A DNA stretch of 30,093 nt, from IMG/VR virus record IMGVR_UViG_2802429218_000005, positions 1-30,093 of that record, one strand, 5' to 3'. A program made the position numbers and the translations under genes. Shown in pieces: positions 28,267-30,093 of this stretch; position 1 is the first letter of the stretch, and each line of letters starts with the position of its first letter. The stretch is from a virus (lineage: Duplodnaviria; Heunggongvirae; Uroviricota; Caudoviricetes). The notes under the pieces were generated by a model that searched no databases, was not told where the DNA came from, and worked only from the letters and a program-made list of their open reading frames with translations.

Positions 28267-28769
28267 CTGTGTCGTCGCTCCGGCTTCAGTGATTTACGCA
28301 ATTCCCGCGCCAGAAAATAGCGTGTCCAGCTGCGGTTCTTTTCAAGAGTTTCCACCATGAAGTTATTACGTGGAGCCAGTCGCCAGCCGCTGCCACCGGA
28401 TGCACCACGATGATGGCCGCGACGACGCTTTGCCCCTCGCCTCACGCCATAGAACAAAAAAGCCGGATAAAAATCACCGGTGATACGGCGGTTTCCCTCT
28501 CCATTACGCTGGTTAGGGGCTATACGTGCCATAAAACCAGGGCGATGTTTACTGGCTCTGGGTACCATGTAACCAATTGAACGAGCCAGGCGTCCGGTCT
28601 GATAACCGGGGTTTTCACCCGGTGCCGACCGCGCACGGCGCATCACCAGCCGACGGGCATCACGCATATGACGCTGACCAATCGTGACAAACGCCCGCCG
28701 GACACGGGCGCGGTTAAAGCGCATCTCCGCGGGCTGCTGAAAATCAACGTGCAAAAAGGAAGTCGTCAT
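28263..28769 (-). CDS. HK97 gp10-like tail-component/morphogenesis protein
   Basis: Basic protein, position after head-closure gene. Confidence 0.6.
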   Translation of the reverse strand: MTTSFLHVDFQQPAEMRFNRARVRRAFVTIGQRHMRDARRLVMRRARSAPGENPGYQTGRLARSIGYMVPRASKHRPGFMARIAPNQRNGEGNRRITGDFYPAFLFYGVRRGAKRRRGHHRGASGGSGWRLAPRNNFMVETLEKNRSWTRYFLARELRKSLKPERRHR

Positions 28770-29154
28770 TGTTGCCTCCGTGACTCTGCCTACATTCGCC
28801 CAGCTCCGTACACTCCAGCAGCAGAAAGCGCCGCGCCCCGTTCAGATCGCGCTGACGTTTCACCCGGTACACACTGTCACCGCAGACCACCTCATAATCA
28901 GCGGTGATCCCCCGGCGGTAACGAATGGTGATGTAATGGGTGATGGCGTCCCCGGTCTGCGCGGTTTCCTGCCAGGTGGTGGCACTGGTCTGGATAACCT
29001 TCGCCCATGTCCGGAACGTAACCGGGTATTGAGGCTCCACGCCAAAGTTATCCGCGGGCATATCCACCCGCTGGCGGATCAGGACGCGTTTATTCAGTTC
29101 ACCGGGGTCCGGCAGAATGTAGGTTGCGCTGGTCTGCGCCTGACGAATTTTCAT
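28744..29154 (-). CDS. Head closure / head-tail adaptor protein
   Basis: Size and position after gp6-like connector gene. Confidence 0.6.
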   Translation of the reverse strand: MKIRQAQTSATYILPDPGELNKRVLIRQRVDMPADNFGVEPQYPVTFRTWAKVIQTSATTWQETAQTGDAITHYITIRYRRGITADYEVVCGDSVYRVKRQRDLNGARRFLLLECTELGECRQSHGGNNDDFLFAR

Positions 29155-29474
29155 TGCGGGAAATACCTGTACGGGCCGACAAGCCAGTTAAAGCTCATTG
29201 GCAACTCCATTTTCTCAACGTCTGTAACCGACGAGCGATTTTCGTAAAAATGGCTGATAAGCATCAGCATCCCCAGACGAATATCATCCGGCAGGTGCAG
29301 CCCGTCCGGATCGCTGTCCGGAATGGTTTCATCCGGAGAATAGAGCTTCCGGTTCAGATACGTTTCCGTCCGCTTTTGCGCCGCACAGGCCAGCAGTTGC
29401 AGATGGCGGTCATCAGCATCGAAATCCTCATCCAGCCGGAGTTGGGCTTTAATCTCTTCCATTGTCAGAAGCAT
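29151..29474 (-). CDS. Head-tail connector protein (gp6-like)
   Basis: N-terminus MLLTMEEIKAQLRLDEDFDADDRHLQLLACAAQKRTETYLNRKL matches gp6-like connector pattern. Confidence 0.7.
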   Translation of the reverse strand: MLLTMEEIKAQLRLDEDFDADDRHLQLLACAAQKRTETYLNRKLYSPDETIPDSDPDGLHLPDDIRLGMLMLISHFYENRSSVTDVEKMELPMSFNWLVGPYRYFPQ

Positions 29475-29476
29475 AC

Positions 29477-29677
29477 TCAGCCCTCTTTACTGGTCGTGGC
29501 TTTTTTCTCTTTTGTCGCTTTACTGCTTTTTGCACTGGTTCCGCGCTCTGCTAACCCGGCCTGAAGTGCAATCTCCTGCACCCGGGCAGGAAGCGCCCCG
29601 TCGTCATACTCACCGGCCCGAATGACCTCAACACGCATACCGTCCGGTGACCATTTCAGATCTTGTTTCAGGATCAT
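29477..29677 (-). CDS. Hypothetical small virion-module protein (66 aa, Lys/Ser-rich tail)
   Basis: ORF tightly packed between capsid and connector genes. Confidence 0.45.
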   Translation of the reverse strand: MILKQDLKWSPDGMRVEVIRAGEYDDGALPARVQEIALQAGLAERGTSAKSSKATKEKKATTSKEG

Positions 29678-29726
29678 GATTCTTCACCCGTCAGAACAGG
29701 GGGCGCGGTTCCGCGCCCCTGAGTGA

Positions 29727-30093
29727 TTACGCCGCTGCAATCTTCAGCAGTTTGATGGCCTGCGAATCGACCAGCATGCCGCCGGTGCGCTTGGTGGTAT
29801 AAAAACCGACAAACGGTTTATTGGTGTACGGATCGCGAAGAATGCGGGTACCGATACGGTCAACGATGGTGTAACCCCGTTTGAAGTTACCAAATGCAAT
29901 GGCTTTCGCATCCGCGGCAATATCCGGCATCTGCTCGTTTTCAGCGATACCGTAACCCGCCAGAGAGGATGGCTGCCCCGGTTCCAGCCCCGGACGCCAC
30001 AGATAGTTACCCTCGGTGTCTTTCAGCAGACGGATGGCAAACAGGCTGTTGTTGTTCATCATGAACTTCGCGCCAGTGCGGTGTGCCTTACGC
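29727..30093 (-). CDS. Major capsid protein, HK97-fold family, C-terminal part (gene continues beyond window edge)
   Basis: C-terminal motif RILRDPYTNKPFVGFYTTKRTGG typical of HK97-type capsid proteins. Confidence 0.7.
   Translation of the reverse strand, partial: RKAHRTGAKFMMNNNSLFAIRLLKDTEGNYLWRPGLEPGQPSSLAGYGIAENEQMPDIAADAKAIAFGNFKRGYTIVDRIGTRILRDPYTNKPFVGFYTTKRTGGMLVDSQAIKLLKIAAA

Noticed and set aside
23588-28907. Antisense or overlapping ORFs inside tape measure, sheath and head-joining genes (e.g. 23953..24282, 26320..26736, 27730..28320, 28780..29247)
   Set aside because: Same reasoning; embedded in confidently ordered structural genes with overlapping start/stop coupling.

Overview
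Enterobacterial (E. coli-like) accessory DNA made of two mosaic halves. Left half (1..~14160) is mostly AT-rich: a membrane-protein/small-protein pair, an orphan 461-aa protein with a PD-(D/E)xK-type motif, a complete IS3 copy (1258 bp, 3-bp target duplication), a decayed conjugative-element remnant (trbJ, small lipoprotein, trbL, MobC-like, AlpA-like), an iteron/palindrome-rich non-coding region, a solitary HigA-like XRE gene, and a tightly coupled three-gene operon (326 aa, 83 aa, 581-aa SMC-like ABC ATPase) that I read as a Lamassu/ABC-3C-type candidate defence system with an unrecognised effector. It is followed by a tRNA-Thr 3' fragment, a transposase fragment, an AraC-family regulator and a tRNA-Ser 3' fragment. 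Right half (~14230..30093) is the GC-richer tail end of a Mu/e14-like myovirus prophage on the minus strand: capsid C-terminus, head-tail joining genes, sheath, tube, frameshifted chaperone, tape measure, a low-GC secreted moron, baseplate genes, tail fibre, and a Pin-type invertase with an invertible fibre segment. All calls rest on reading the supplied translations and DNA by eye; no database search was run, and remembered reference sequences are approximate.
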